64,000 nt of DNA from Mytilus californianus (taxonomy: Eukaryota): assembly GCF_021869535.1 (NCBI RefSeq), contig NW_026262745.1, positions 59,706,001 through 59,770,000 of the forward strand. The letters run 5' to 3'. Below the pieces are notes generated by a model that searched no databases, was not told where the DNA came from, and saw nothing but the letters and a program-made list of their open reading frames with translations. The position numbers were made by a program, and so were the translations under genes. This document shows, piece by piece, positions 51,441 through 64,000 of the stretch (positions are counted from its first letter, which is position 1; each line of letters starts with the position of its first letter).

Positions 51441-51690
51441 TAGGGAACGATCATTTAACTTCAAAGGGGGGTATGTCTTTTTCCTAAAAAAAATATTCTG
51501 ATCCCCAATTTGATGGGATAAATATTCTGTACAAGCAAAGGATTTTCCCCATGCGATATAGTGTTAACTTATGAACCAAATAATTTGATTAATTACGTTG
51601 AAAAACTTTATAAAATTGTTCGCGTTTAGCCCGAAAAAAATTCTCACCTCGACAAAACAACCATACCCCCACTTTTGAAGTCAAATGGTT
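51441..51690. mobile_element. Degraded MITE related in terminal design to the 10761 element
   Basis: Left end TAGGGAACGATCATTTAACTTCAAAGGGGGG; right end CCCCCACTTTTGAAGTCAAATGGTT. Confidence 0.5.
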
Positions 51691-52159
51691 ATATTGTAGA
51701 CAACTTTTGGACTGATGCTTGTAAAAAGTATATGCATTTATCATATACGTAGCTCGATTAGGGGTCCTCAATCCGCCACTTTTTGTAAATAGCAAATAAA
51801 AGGAAACGGGATTTTTTTGTATTAAGGGATGGTTCCGTATTTGTTATTTGTGCATTTTTAAGTTATCGTACGACAATCAACTTTCAGCAAAGTAAAAGAA
51901 GACAGTACCTGTCCAGTCAGAATGGGGTGTGTAAAGAGAGTGCCATGCTGTTTGCATGATGGATTTTTAATTTTTGGCCATACACCAATGTTGCTCTCGA
52001 AAAACCAGGACAGTGTAAAACGCTGAATTTCAATTAAAGCATTCACCTACAGAACGCTGAAAACTGAATATTTGAAAGTCAAGTAAATATAATAACCGAA
52101 ACAATTGAAAAGGTGTTTGGCCATATCACATAGAAATGTATGTAAACTGTACTGCAAAT

Positions 52160-54010
52160 AGCGACATATCACAAAATATATCAATATGTTTATATGTGTC
52201 ACCATATAGTAGGTATAAAAGATCATGTGAAACAAATCAGGCTGTTGAACGCAGTCAATGACAATTTCTCAGTTCACGAGAACATACTAACTATAACAAG
52301 TGGAAGTTTTGGGGAAGGACTTGACATGCAATGCAGTGATTTAGATATTATGTTTTTCCGTAAAGATGTGGAGGTTTATGCTGTCAAGCCCCATTTTAAC
52401 CATAATATATCATATCTGTCAATGGATACAGACGATGTTAAACCTGGATTTACTCTAGAACATAGCAGAAGTAACACTTTACTTGACAACTTTGTGCAAT
52501 TCGACAAAAAGCTTTATCTTTCAAGCACATTATGGAAACAGCAGTACGTAAATAAATATCTAAACTTTACTATTCATGGACCATGTATATCTGACCAAAA
52601 TGAATTATTTGACTTTGCCGAATGCCTACATTGTAAAAAGTGGATACCACTTGCAGATAATTGGATTACAAATCTAATAACTCATGGCCAAGTTATGATG
52701 CCAAACAAAGTATCATAAAACACGGCATCCTTTTTGTACCAATCGGAGTGAAAGGGTCATCAAAAGAAGATATAGAATGGCGAATATCATTTTCAATCAG
52801 TGAAAAACTATTAATCAATACATTTACACATACTCAATTATTATGCTATGCTCTTCTGAAAATTATCTTGAAAGATGTAATATCTACTCACCCCGAATGT
52901 GAAGAATTACTATGCTCTTATTTCATAAAAACAATATTTTCTGGATCTCTGAAGAACTACCACAATCTCCATGGCAACCTGACCAGCTAATACCATGTTT
53001 TATGCAATGTTTTAGACGACTTATTTATTGTGTTGATTATTCAGTTTGTGCACATTACTTTATTTCAGAGAAAAATATGTTTGAGGATAAAATTTATGAC
53101 CGTGCTCGTAAAATACTTTTAGAAAGACTATATACATTGAAAACTTATGGTTGGTAATGCATTTTATTTTCAGATCAACTATCAAAAATTCCTAAATCAA
53201 TGCAGTATTTAACATGGAACAGCCCCGACTGTATGTATATAAAATTGAAAAAATGACTTATTCCTCTTTATTGTGGGATGCTAATGGTTGTTTCCGTGGG
53301 GTTTCAAAGCTAATGACGAACTGCTTAGTTCTTCTTTTCAAAGGGTAATAAAAAAGGCATTTGCATGTGCCCAATCTTTGATAAAATACTTACATACTTA
53401 TTACATGTCAATGATCTGTTCCATTCGTGCCCAGCGTTTTCAACTTAACAGTGCATACAGTAATAATAAGTACCAATACCGATATCGTTTTTCTATAATG
53501 CAAAACAGCACACTAAAGCTTTACAAATCATCGAGTATTCTTTGTCAAAATGTACTTGTAAAATAAATTGTATTACAATAGGGAGATCTCGGAGATTCAT
53601 CACCAATTTTCCGAACTAAATTCGTCCAGAAAAAAGAGTATTGTTCATTTGTGGAAAATCATTTTAATAGATAATTTGTCATTTGAAAAGAACTCTGTGT
53701 TAATACCAGAAGAACTAATATTAGAAGTAGATAAACAAAAACGCTTTTCATTTCATCTCATGTTTATGCTTTTTTTCTTAAGTTTATTTGTCATTATCGT
53801 CTCAATAACGTCAGACGATGTCAGGATACCCTAAAAAATATATAACGTGCAATAGAACTTAGGGATGGGAAATTTTTTGCCTTAAATCTTCTCGGTATTG
53901 CTTTCCACATATCAGGCAACACTGACTCTGCAAGACAAGTATTCTCACAATCTGAAGAAATGATGACAGATCAATCGGTCAATACTGTTATATATGTACG
54001 CTCTGTTATT
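52160..54010 (+). pseudogene. cGLR pseudogene, copy 3
   Basis: MCHHIVGIKDHVKQIRLLNAVND...GSFGEGLDMQCSDLDIM. Frameshifts near 52668 and 52935 and TAA at 53155-57 split it into five track ORFs. The tail NLLGIAFHISGNTDSARQVFSQS lies at about 53885-53955. Confidence 0.92.
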
Positions 54011-54037
54011 GAAAAAAATACATGTTAGTCTTTTAGA

Positions 54038-54581
54038 AGGAGTAGGTCCAGTAAAACCCCTTTTTGGCCTAAAAAATAGCAGGTTTACAAAATTGTTAAA
54101 AGGTAAACTTTTAGCAATTTATTGGAAATTTTTTTTTGACAATATATTGCACATATATCGGATATTAGCATTATTAAATTATGCTAAATTACTGAAATCT
54201 TTACAATTTTAGCATTTGAGTTAATTTTTTTCCGTCTTAAATGGAAGTGGCCGTATTTGTGTTCATCCTTAATATTTAAATGTAAGTTGTATTTGATGAT
54301 AATACATAACATTTATAAAGGTTGAGAGTGAACACGGATGCGGCCACTTTCATTTTTGACAAAAACCATCAACAAAGTGACATATTATAGCATATTTGAT
54401 AGATTTTTCATATTTAAGCTTGAATTTGAGCGTCTTTAATGACTAAATCAGAATATAAATGTAACATAAACTAATTGAATCGACTGAAGTAGACACTTAA
54501 GTGTTTAAAAAGTATCCAAAATCTTTCATCAGATGAATATGACATTTGAGGCCAAAATCGGCCCTTACCGGACCTACTCCT
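54038..54581. mobile_element. 544-bp TIR element, Kolobok-type termini
   Basis: AGGAGTAGGTCCAGTAAAACCCC...GGCC at the left end and GGCCAAAATCGGCCCTTACCGGACCTACTCCT at the right; flanks TAGA and TTGA (degenerate TTAA). Confidence 0.75.
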
Positions 54582-57500
54582 TTGATGTGTCGATTTTATC
54601 ATTTCTAACAGTTTTATGTTAAGTCTTAGCAGTTTGAACATTCACGAGAGCAACTTATGTTGTGAGATACGCAGATAGGAATAGTAAACACAAAATAAGG
54701 AGATGCAGTATGATTGCCTATTTAGACAACTATCTTAAAAGCCCACACGTGCCTATATATATATATATAGCTAGTAGAATGTAACTTTTGAGATGACACC
54801 CGGTTTTTGAGCGGCTTTTGTTGTTATTATAATGAATTTATTTTCAAATAACAATTTCTTAACCTTGGATACACAGAATCGATCTGGGAGTACTCATTTT
54901 CTTCAAATTGTTTCATAGCCAATAACAATTAATATATAAAGCATATTTTCCCAGATTAAAATTTCCAAAAGTAAAATTTTAATTGAATGTAAAGACGTTT
55001 TTTTCAAGCCTTTACAAGCCTGGAAAAATGTTACTTACATGTATGAGTTCACTCCAGGATTTTTTAACGGCTTTTGTTGTAATAATGATAAATCTAATTT
55101 CAAATGACAATAATCTAAAACTTTGAAATGAATGAATGTTTTGAACCCGCTGTTTTTGGTTTATGTCAAGAAAAAGCTCATGTAATGTCATATTCTGATG
55201 ATATAGAATTCACATAGAGATTGACTTATACCGTAGAAAATTGATTTGTTTCCTAATTGTATTAGTATTTCTCTCGGACGAACTATTTATTTTTCAAGAG
55301 TACTATGCAAAAAAAAAAGACCACTGATTCTAGATGATATTTGGTGAAGAGTTACAACAAGACAATTTGGTGTTGGGGCAACTACAAAATATGTATCCTC
55401 AACGACCCCTTTGTACTTAGAATTAGAAAAATAGAAATATTTATGATTCATATAATATAGGACCCATGCTTTTTAAAACAACTTGATAGAGTTTTATGTG
55501 TGTGTTTCCTTACAAATGTTGCATATTGCTTATAATTAATTATTTCTAATGTAAATAACAACCTAAATAATTTAGGAAAATTATGATTTACAAGAAGTTA
55601 ACCAGTAGAATTGTTTTTATTATTTTTTTTATTCCAAAAGTGTACTGAAATAAAAGGTGAGTTTTTCAAAGCGTTCGATATTGCATACATCATAACAATT
55701 ACACTGTAAACCATGGTCAACCGAACATAAAAGCTCATGTCTATAGAAGTCAAAGAAAGATTTGCATGAAGAACAAGTGAACTCCTTTACTTCACCCATA
55801 AGTTCATTTTCTCAAAAAATCATGTTCACGTCATCTTTGATCGTGTCACCGACTTTCAGTCTTCGGATGACATCTTATTCAAATATTTTCATTTTTTATC
55901 ATTGACTAAAATCGAGGATTTCTGCCTTCAGTCTTGTTTTTGCTGTTTCTTTATTGTGCCGAGAAGAACACTGAGAGCTTCGCTAACCTTATTTTTTTGC
56001 TAGGCATAAATATACTTCGTGAACACGTCTTTAGCACTGCCTGTACTAGCAAGGCTAGCAAGTATTTCTGGGGAATGGTCACCGACCGGATTTAAATAGC
56101 GTGGAAATGATAATTTCATACGTATGTCTCGATTTCCTGACAAAAATCGTGTGTTGATGATGACCATTAGGGGTGGGGTAACCGTAATTGATTGTTACAG
56201 ACTACATGTGTAATCTGGTACTGATTACATCATGTTATTTATAACCAAAATAAAAAGGAACAGAAGTATTCATGGAAGGAAAACTACAGTTGTTTTTTTT
56301 TTTTTTTTTTTTTTTTTTTATTGAGAAATAATTTTATGTTAACACTACTGATGAACGGCAAAATTGTTTGTCATCAATTGATATTGATTTAACTTCCATT
56401 TACAAAAATGTATATGCAAATACATTAAGTATTGTCCTGAATTTTATGATTATCAGAAGTTAAACTAAAAAAAAACTGTTAAAAACATACTTGTAATGCT
56501 AAACATAATGTAACCATTAAAAAAAGGTAAAAAAAATAATCTTGAAATTGAAATGTTGACATAAAAATATAGTATTTTCTGATACGCATTGTGAACCTGA
56601 TCTATGATTTAATACCACTGTGAGTTTTAGCGTATATGTGAACACTCTGGTGAATCTAAACGAACATTAAAGTTTTATAGCAAGTTATGGTTTCTGTCCG
56701 CTTAAAGCAAACATAAATAAACGCGTTATTTGATGATAAAACCATATATTTTTTAATACTTTGCTAAATTTAGTTTGAACCAAGCTATTTTTAAACAAAT
56801 AATCATGATAATAAAATGTATGGTTCATGCAGCTTTATTTTAACCTGCACAGTGTGCAAATTGACAGAATTTGTAAATATATTGGACGAAAAGGCACTTT
56901 TTGTTAGTGTGAATATAAAGGAAACTAAGCAATATGATACTAAAAAAGAATATGAGAAGATTCACCTTCGGGAGACAAAATGAAATTAGAGTCACCGTAC
57001 TCATTCTTTCTGCCACAAAAATAGATGAATTTAAGATAAAATTCCGGTATAAGATTATATCTGCAGGTAGAATAAACAAATAATGCAAACAAATATTGTT
57101 TTGTTTGTTAAAAAAACAAAAAAGTGATTATGGAAAAAAGCAATTTAAAAAATAGACTACCTTAGGTGGCCAAAGTCAGTTTTAATTCAGAGATAAATCC
57201 TGGTCGATTTATATTAGTTCTTGATTGTGCATGCGATAAGTATATCTTTATTTTTGCACAGTCGTCAAATGTTTGTACTTCTCTTGTTATTTTTGACAAA
57301 TAATGTAACGGAGGGACAGTGTTCTGAATAAAAAAACAAAATTCTTGAAATTGATATAGACGAATATTTCCTTTTTTTTTTTTTTTGATAAACCAATACA
57401 ATGAAGTAAAAAAAGGGTAAACATTATTGAAACCCACGATTTTTTAGAAAACCGTCTAGAGATATGTTAATTGCTACTAAAAGATCGCGAACATGACCCT

Positions 57501-57964
57501 GTCTTAATATTGTTAAAAATTAAAAGTGTTCGGAACCATTATTCTAAGATGAAGAACGCCTAATATATTAAATGTTTTTTTTTTTAATTTGCACTTTCAA
57601 AATACGGAATAAGTAATTGATGTCACCGTTCTTATTCTTTCTGATACAACAATCAAACATCAAAATATAACAGTATATATATGACTGTTGAAGACCATGA
57701 TTAAATTTTTTTTGATTACAAATCGTCTTAACATTTTTAAAGCAATGGTTGAATTTGTTAATTATTTATAAAGTCATTGCCAAACAGTTGTACGCCCCTT
57801 CGTGTACATCTGTCCCGTTTTAAGTCAGGAAAAATTTGATCTTGAATTCTATTGACATCATAGTATTTAACGTAACTTGATTTTGTACTTGTATTCCCAT
57901 TCAAATCAAGGATAAATATATAGTGCTTGTCGTTTATTATGAATATTTAAGGAAGTTACATATA

Positions 57965-59048
57965 TTGGCGAAGAATGGCGAACGTAGATACAAGTATCTT
58001 GTATTGGGGAGGGATAAATCCTACTTTGTAAAGAATCACTCTGATTCAAACAAAACATTCTCTGAAACTGACATTATCAAGATGCTTGATTTCGTGATTG
58101 ACAACATATTTGTTACGTTTGGAGGATGTGTTTTTCAACAGACTTTCGAAATTCCAATGGGAACCAATTGTGCCCCTCTTCTGCCGACTTGTTTCTTTAT
58201 TATTATGAGGCTGACTTCATACAGGAACGTCTTAAGAAGAAAGATAAGAAGTTAGCAATATCCTTTAACTTTACGTTCCGCTAAATAGATGATGTTCTCT
58301 CACTAAATAATACAAAATTTGGTGATTATGTTGAACAAATCTATCACATCGAACTAGAGATAAAGGATACTACAGATACAGTTAAGTATGCTTCATATCT
58401 TGACTTACATCTAGAAATTGACAATGAGGGTCGGTTGAAAACAAAACTTTACGACAAAAGAGATGCTTTCAGCTTCTCAATTGTGAACTTTCCATTTCTA
58501 TGTAGCAACATTCCAGCAGCGCCTGCATACGGAGTATACATCTCCAAATTGAAACGATATTCCCGGGCTTGTATTTCCTATCATGATTTCCTTGATAGAG
58601 GATTGCTGCTCACAAGGAAGCTATTAAACCAAGAGTTGGTGAAGTTGAAATCATCCCTTCGTAAAGTTTACGGACACCATCACGAGTTGGTTGACCGTTA
58701 TGGAATAACCGTTTCACAGATGATATCGGATATGTTCCTTATGTCGTAACTACAATACCCTTCCCTTTTCACGAATGTGACCTACCGAATTAGTTTAATT
58801 ACCGGATTTGTAATAACATAAGCAACAAGACGAGTCCCACATGTGGAGCAGGATCTGCTTACCCTTCCGGAGCACCTGAGATCACCCACAGTTTTTGGTG
58901 GGGTTCGTGTTGCTTAGTCTTTAGTTTTCTATGTTGTGTCATCTGTACTATTATTTATCTGTTTGTCTTTTTATTTTTGGCCATGGCGTTGTCAGTTTGT
59001 TTTCGATCTATGAGTTTGACTGTCCCTCTGGTATCTTTCGTCCCTCTT
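57965..59048 (+). mobile_element. 5'-truncated Penelope-like retroelement (RT and 3' tail), disrupted
   Basis: KNGERRYKYLVLGRDKSYFVK...IPMGTNCAPLL, FR*IDDVLSLNN (YIDD mutated to a stop), KTKLYDKRD...SNIPAAPAYGVYIS...HHELVDRYGITVSQMISDMFLMS*. Confidence 0.88.
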
Positions 59049-60311
59049 GAATAGCAATGATTTTGATACTATTTGAAAATAAGGCCGTGTTTCACATTGG
59101 CCTAAACTCGGTATGTTGTAAGTTTACCAAACACAGAAACTAAACTCTGTTTAGTTCCTATTGAAAATAATCTGTATACCTGTAATTTAGATTTAGTTTT
59201 GACTGCATGTAGTCGATCATCAATGTATAGTTTGCCTTGTGTGGCTTGAGTGTACATAAAATCAGATATTGAGTCTATTTTATTATGAACTGATTTTTTG
59301 CCAATTTACATGACAAAACAAATTAAAAATGGCACATTACAAACATTATTGAATTAACATAACCTTAGTGAACCATTTAATTTTGAGTGGGAACGGAGAT
59401 TTTTTTGGCTGCACGAATATTCATTTTACACCTGTACGGCTTATTAAATAATCGCAAAAATTATTTCATTTTTTTTTTTACAGTAAGTATCAGTCCAGAA
59501 TATGCAATTCCAAATTACCCTAAGAGTGACTGTGGAATAGAAATATGTTCACTTATTTCTTCTTCCTATCGGCACTAAACCTGTGCCAAAGTGAAGCGTC
59601 CTTTTTGTGGTGCGGTATGTACAAGTACGAAGCCACACCCTGCCAGGACGTCTCATCCGATGTCTCGTTTAAAGAGAGTGCCCAGCTGCAAAAAACACAT
59701 TTTGTAGGGTCCGTAGTTAATCAAAAGCAACAGTAGTATACCGCTGTTCAAAAGTCATAAATTGTCTGAGAGAAAACAAATCCGGGTTCCAAACCAAAAC
59801 CTAAGGAAACGCATCAACTACAAGATGAAAACAACGGAACAACAGAAACACTGGAGTGCAACAAAAACCAACGCCAAAGTAACGTACATATAAACGAACC
59901 ACTTGATAACAACTGCCATCTTCTAACCTTCTGCATAGCCAAATTTTGGTCCCTATCCGACATACTCTCATTTTCTAATGGCAGTCCAAATTTCCTCGAA
60001 TTTTATTCCGGATGGCATCTGTACAGGACACATCTATTTTATTTATTGTTTATTTGTTATGGTCCTAAAGTACATGTATGAAGTATCAATAAACCATTAC
60101 AACGACGTTCTTAGGATGCCGACCATTTATCGGAAAACTTTTTTTTTTTTAATTTAATAAAAAAACAAAAACAGGCAAGTTAATCAATAACATACAGAAC
60201 CATTTTTAGAAACCTGTATTGAATCTCTTGCCCTTAATTTCCAAAGGAATCAGACGATTTTTTCACTTCCCTCATGACACAGAATAAAAAACTATTTTGC
60301 TTTTATTAACT

Positions 60312-60751
60312 CCGCCATGAAAGAGCAAAGAAATTATAAAAATGACGTTAATGACCAACAATGAATAAATCAATCATTGTATATTTCAGATGTTTCGCAC
60401 ACATATCTTAATTTTGTTAAACAAGACTATATTTATTTGAAAATGAATTTGATAATAGAAATTTCCAAGCATTGTATAATGATGAATCCGGATATGACTG
60501 TAATATGTGCCGCTGGGCATCAATCTTAATCTTTGTAACACTGTAATACCTTGAAGAAAAAAAGAATTCAAAGGCAAGATTAATTACAACTTTTGTTACT
60601 TATTTTAGAAAAAAGCAAAACATTTAGAAGATGTCTTAGGATTGCAAGGACAAAGCAACATAGAAGGGACCTATCTTTGAAGGTTGGTGTGTTCATCATA
60701 TAACATATGTGGCAACCTTTTGTTAAAGTCTTGTACCAATTAAAACTTTTT
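60312..60751 (-). repeat. Solitary inverted partial copy of the 1.7-kb macrosatellite unit
   Basis: GATGAATCCGGATATGACTGTAATATGTGCCGCTGG and GAAGGTTGGTGTGTTCATCATATAACATATGTGGCAACC are reverse complements of array sequence (e.g. 16220-16665). Confidence 0.9.
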
Positions 60752-62687
60752 GTTTGTAATGTAGGATGACGTGTGCTTAATATATTCGATACTTTATACT
60801 GACGATTCTTTTGTTGCGTGTAGCGTACACCATTTTAATCCTGGTATCTATAATAAGTATATTGATTGACTTATGAATATATATATACCGATAGAAAGAA
60901 TTAAGAAATACAGTCAAGTTCATATAAATGTGCAATATGGAATTACAACAAATTGCTTGGCCTTTTTAAAAGATTGAAAGAAAACGGAAAAGAAAGCACA
61001 GGAAGTCCCATTTGCATCTCCCGCAACACAAAGGAACAAGATGGCTGATAGTGTTTTGAAGATATATTTCTACAAAATATTATCAAGGTGTAATAATTTA
61101 AATTTATTTTTTTATAGTTTCGTATGATTCTGTTTTTCAAATGAATTAAATCAATGATAATGCTCAATCGATTTAGAAATCGAGTTTGCGTTAACATTTT
61201 AGTAAATGTTAGAATTAGAGTTAAAATTCGAGATACACTTTGTGTTAGATTTCGGTACCAAATGGAAATTCGAACTCCTAATAAGACACATAATTGACTA
61301 GCACTCATACAAGGATGTTTTATTAAACATGTAAAAACAATACCAACGTAAATTTATAAGATGAAGAAGTGAACTGAATAGAGATTTATCCCAATGTTCA
61401 ATATAGAAAAGAAAGAGAAATCTTGGTTAATAGATTCTAGCTTTCGTTAATGAAAAAGGTTTGTGTAATGATGTATTAGAAAAATTTCGCAATGTTGCGA
61501 AATATACATTTTAAATTCGTGTATCTTAACATTTATAACAATTTATCAATGAATTATCATAGTAATTTTATTTTTCTTTGCCTGCTGTTCTTGCAAATCT
61601 ATTTAAAAAAAGGCATGACAGTCTCAGAGTTTTGGGAGCAATGGTTGAATTTGTCATTTATTGATAAGGTCCATGTCATAAATCAATTCGCCCCTGCGTG
61701 TATATCTGTACCGTTTTTAGTCATGAAAATATTTTATATTAAATGCTTTTGTCATCACAGTTTGAATGCATCATGATTTTATACTTTCATTTCCATTAAA
61801 ATCAAGGAAATAATACTTGTTGTTTTTTTGGTTATATTGCTTGAGTATTGGGCAGATGTAATTTGTACATGTTTAATTGAAGTCGAACTAGATAACTAAA
61901 GAACTGTTCTACTGAAAAATCGTGATTGCCAATTAACCTCAATTGTCTGATCTGTGATCAAGATGGCAGGTATGTTATAACTTAAAGATATCATGAAATT
62001 TAATCTCTAAATATAGTTTGACAAATAATAATTTGTTTTTTCTATAAGTATCAGTTTTAGTTAGAATATACATCGTTGGTCTTAAAGGTAAGGTATACAT
62101 TGTATGTTGCAAATATATGAACGTATTTTAAAAAGGGTATGGTTATTATAAAATAATGGTTTCAATTTGAGTTTTGGTTCGAGTTGTAGACTTTGATATA
62201 AAGTTACAAATCTTTTTTGAGATGGCTGTAGTTCGAGTTAACAGAAGTCTGATCTCGACTCTGAACTCTGAGTTAAACTTCGAGTTCAAAAAATAAATGG
62301 ATTGCATGCTAATTTTGAACGAAATGGGAGATGACCTGATCCGTCCGTGTACATTAACGCCAAACATTTGTCATTTTAAAATGAAAAATAGATTTTGCAA
62401 AATGCTCTGCAACTTTTGAAGTTAATTGGTTTGAAAAATGTAACAAAAATCTATTGAAGTCACTTTTGAAAAACCATTTTCTCTATGAGATTTGAAATTT
62501 GTTATTTTCATGAGATTATATTTTTGATTTCACGAAGATATTGAAACAAATAACAATAAATTTGTGTTAAAAATTATTTTATCTTGTCAAAAGTTTAAAT
62601 ATATTACCACATTTGTATTTGCTTGTTTTAGAAAACAAAACATATTTCAATCTCATTCTTAAAAGCAAATATTGAAATTTGACCTTT

Positions 62688-62970
62688 AGCATTTTTCAAT
62701 TTCACTTACAATATTGAAAAATGAAAAATATTCTAACATGGAGCATTTTTCAATTTGGCTTACAATATTGAAAAATGAAAAATGTTCTAACGTGGAGCAT
62801 TTTTCAATTTGGCTTACAATATTGAAAAATGAAAAATGCTCTAACGTGGAGCATTTTTCAATTTGACTTCAAATATTGAAAAATGAAAAATGCTCCAACG
62901 TGGAGCATTTTTCAATTTGACGTTTGGTATTGAAAAATGAAAAATGCTCCAATATGGAGCATTTTTCATT
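62688..62970. repeat. 54-bp tandem repeat built from two interleaved palindromes
   Basis: AGCATTTTT starts at 62688, 62742, 62796, 62850, 62904 and 62958 (exact 54-bp period). Confidence 0.95.
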
Positions 62971-63269
62971 TTTCATTTTACTGTGCAATATTCAAATTTG
63001 AAAAATGTTCCCATCTGCTTCATTATTTAAATGTCTAATAATGAGAACGAAATGTAATTTGTTTCAATATAGGTGTTTTAAATGTTTAAATTGTTGACAC
63101 TATTTATTAAATGTTTTACTATTTCCGTTTTCTTTTTTCTTGTTTTAAGCGCAATATCTTGAAGATCTTTTTATGGTGTGTGCGTGTGTGAACTATGTGT
63201 GGTATCAACTAAATCCGAACAAGAATGGTACACTGACAAGTACGATAATGACCACAAAAAAATCATTCT

Positions 63270-63380
63270 TTCTTTGTATCTATATATCTAGCTGTCTTTG
63301 TAGCTACATGTATATATCTATCTTTCGATCTATCAATCTGTCATTCATTGTATCTATCTATCTGTCTATCTATCTGACTT
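63270..63380. repeat. Degenerate (TATC)n microsatellite
   Basis: Repeated TATC/TCTA tetramers. Confidence 0.7.
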
Positions 63381-64000
63381 TTTTTTATCTTTGTCTTTTC
63401 TTTCTTTGAATTGTCGGGGTTGAAATCTTTAATTTAGTTCTCTCGAAGTGAAGAAGTCACTTGTTTACATGTACATGTTGAAAGAATGGAAGAACTTTTA
63501 GACCATCGTTGTTTGATTCAACAAATGATACTTGACGGAAGAACACACCAAGACATTTCTCAACACTTGATGGATATTGATATCTTTTATCATGTTTATT
63601 GTGCAAGATTGATAAGAAAATAAAGACAAACAAATGCTTAGAATCTTAGTATACATGTATTAAAATATCTGTAAAAAATATACGATGGCATACATGTAAA
63701 TGCTGAATTTACAGTGTTATAGTGTAATAATTTGCTTGAATTTATTAAATAATAACTCAGATAATAAAGCTTTTATTTTATTTTATCTAAATTGAATTAA
63801 ATAAAATATAGAAATATGATAAAATTATTAGCAATTATTTATATAATAAACAATTGTTTGAATAAGATGAGTTAATTACAATAATCTTTTGTTTATATGT
63901 ACAAGTATAGTAATTATTTTTAACTGGTTGTTAATTGATTTAACAATTATCCTCTATAATCTTTTTGAGGTCATTTAATCTCCCTTTGATCTTCAATATC

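Noticed and set aside
62146-62367. Third copy of the RD/RV-rich segment (minus strand)
   Set aside because: The similarity is limited to low-complexity GAGTT/CGAG repeats; the distinctive flanking motifs are absent.
62688-62970. CRISPR array
   Set aside because: The intervening sequences are variants of one another rather than unique spacers, there are no cas genes, and the context is eukaryotic.

Overview
AT-rich eukaryotic genomic DNA. The repeat families and gene family suggest a bivalve mollusc, probably Mytilus-like (inference). The window holds a same-strand cluster of cGAS-like receptor (cGLR, Mab-21 nucleotidyltransferase plus helical/TPR-like tail) paralogs in different states of decay: a pseudogene at 308-2281, a short relic at 27129-27330, a near-intact copy at 36877-38630 and a pseudogene at about 52160-54010. 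The most unusual element is a decayed segment of about 5.6 kb (4229-9875). It carries a PIF1-family helicase with a PHD-like tail on the + strand, convergent with a P-element/THAP9-type DDE transposase on the - strand. The 5' end of the transposase is cut off by a 1.7-kb macrosatellite of about 5.6 units (9880-20800), whose first unit contains a 1.34-kb TIR element with a TAA target-site duplication (TSD). The rest is dense mobile DNA: Penelope-like RT fragments, two degenerate minimal hammerhead ribozymes, tRNA-derived SINEs, hairpin MITEs, a Kolobok-type TIR element, a short Helitron, and satellites of 22, 54 and about 160 bp. No rRNA, genuine tRNA gene or CRISPR array is supported. Family assignments come from motifs recognised by eye, not from database searches.
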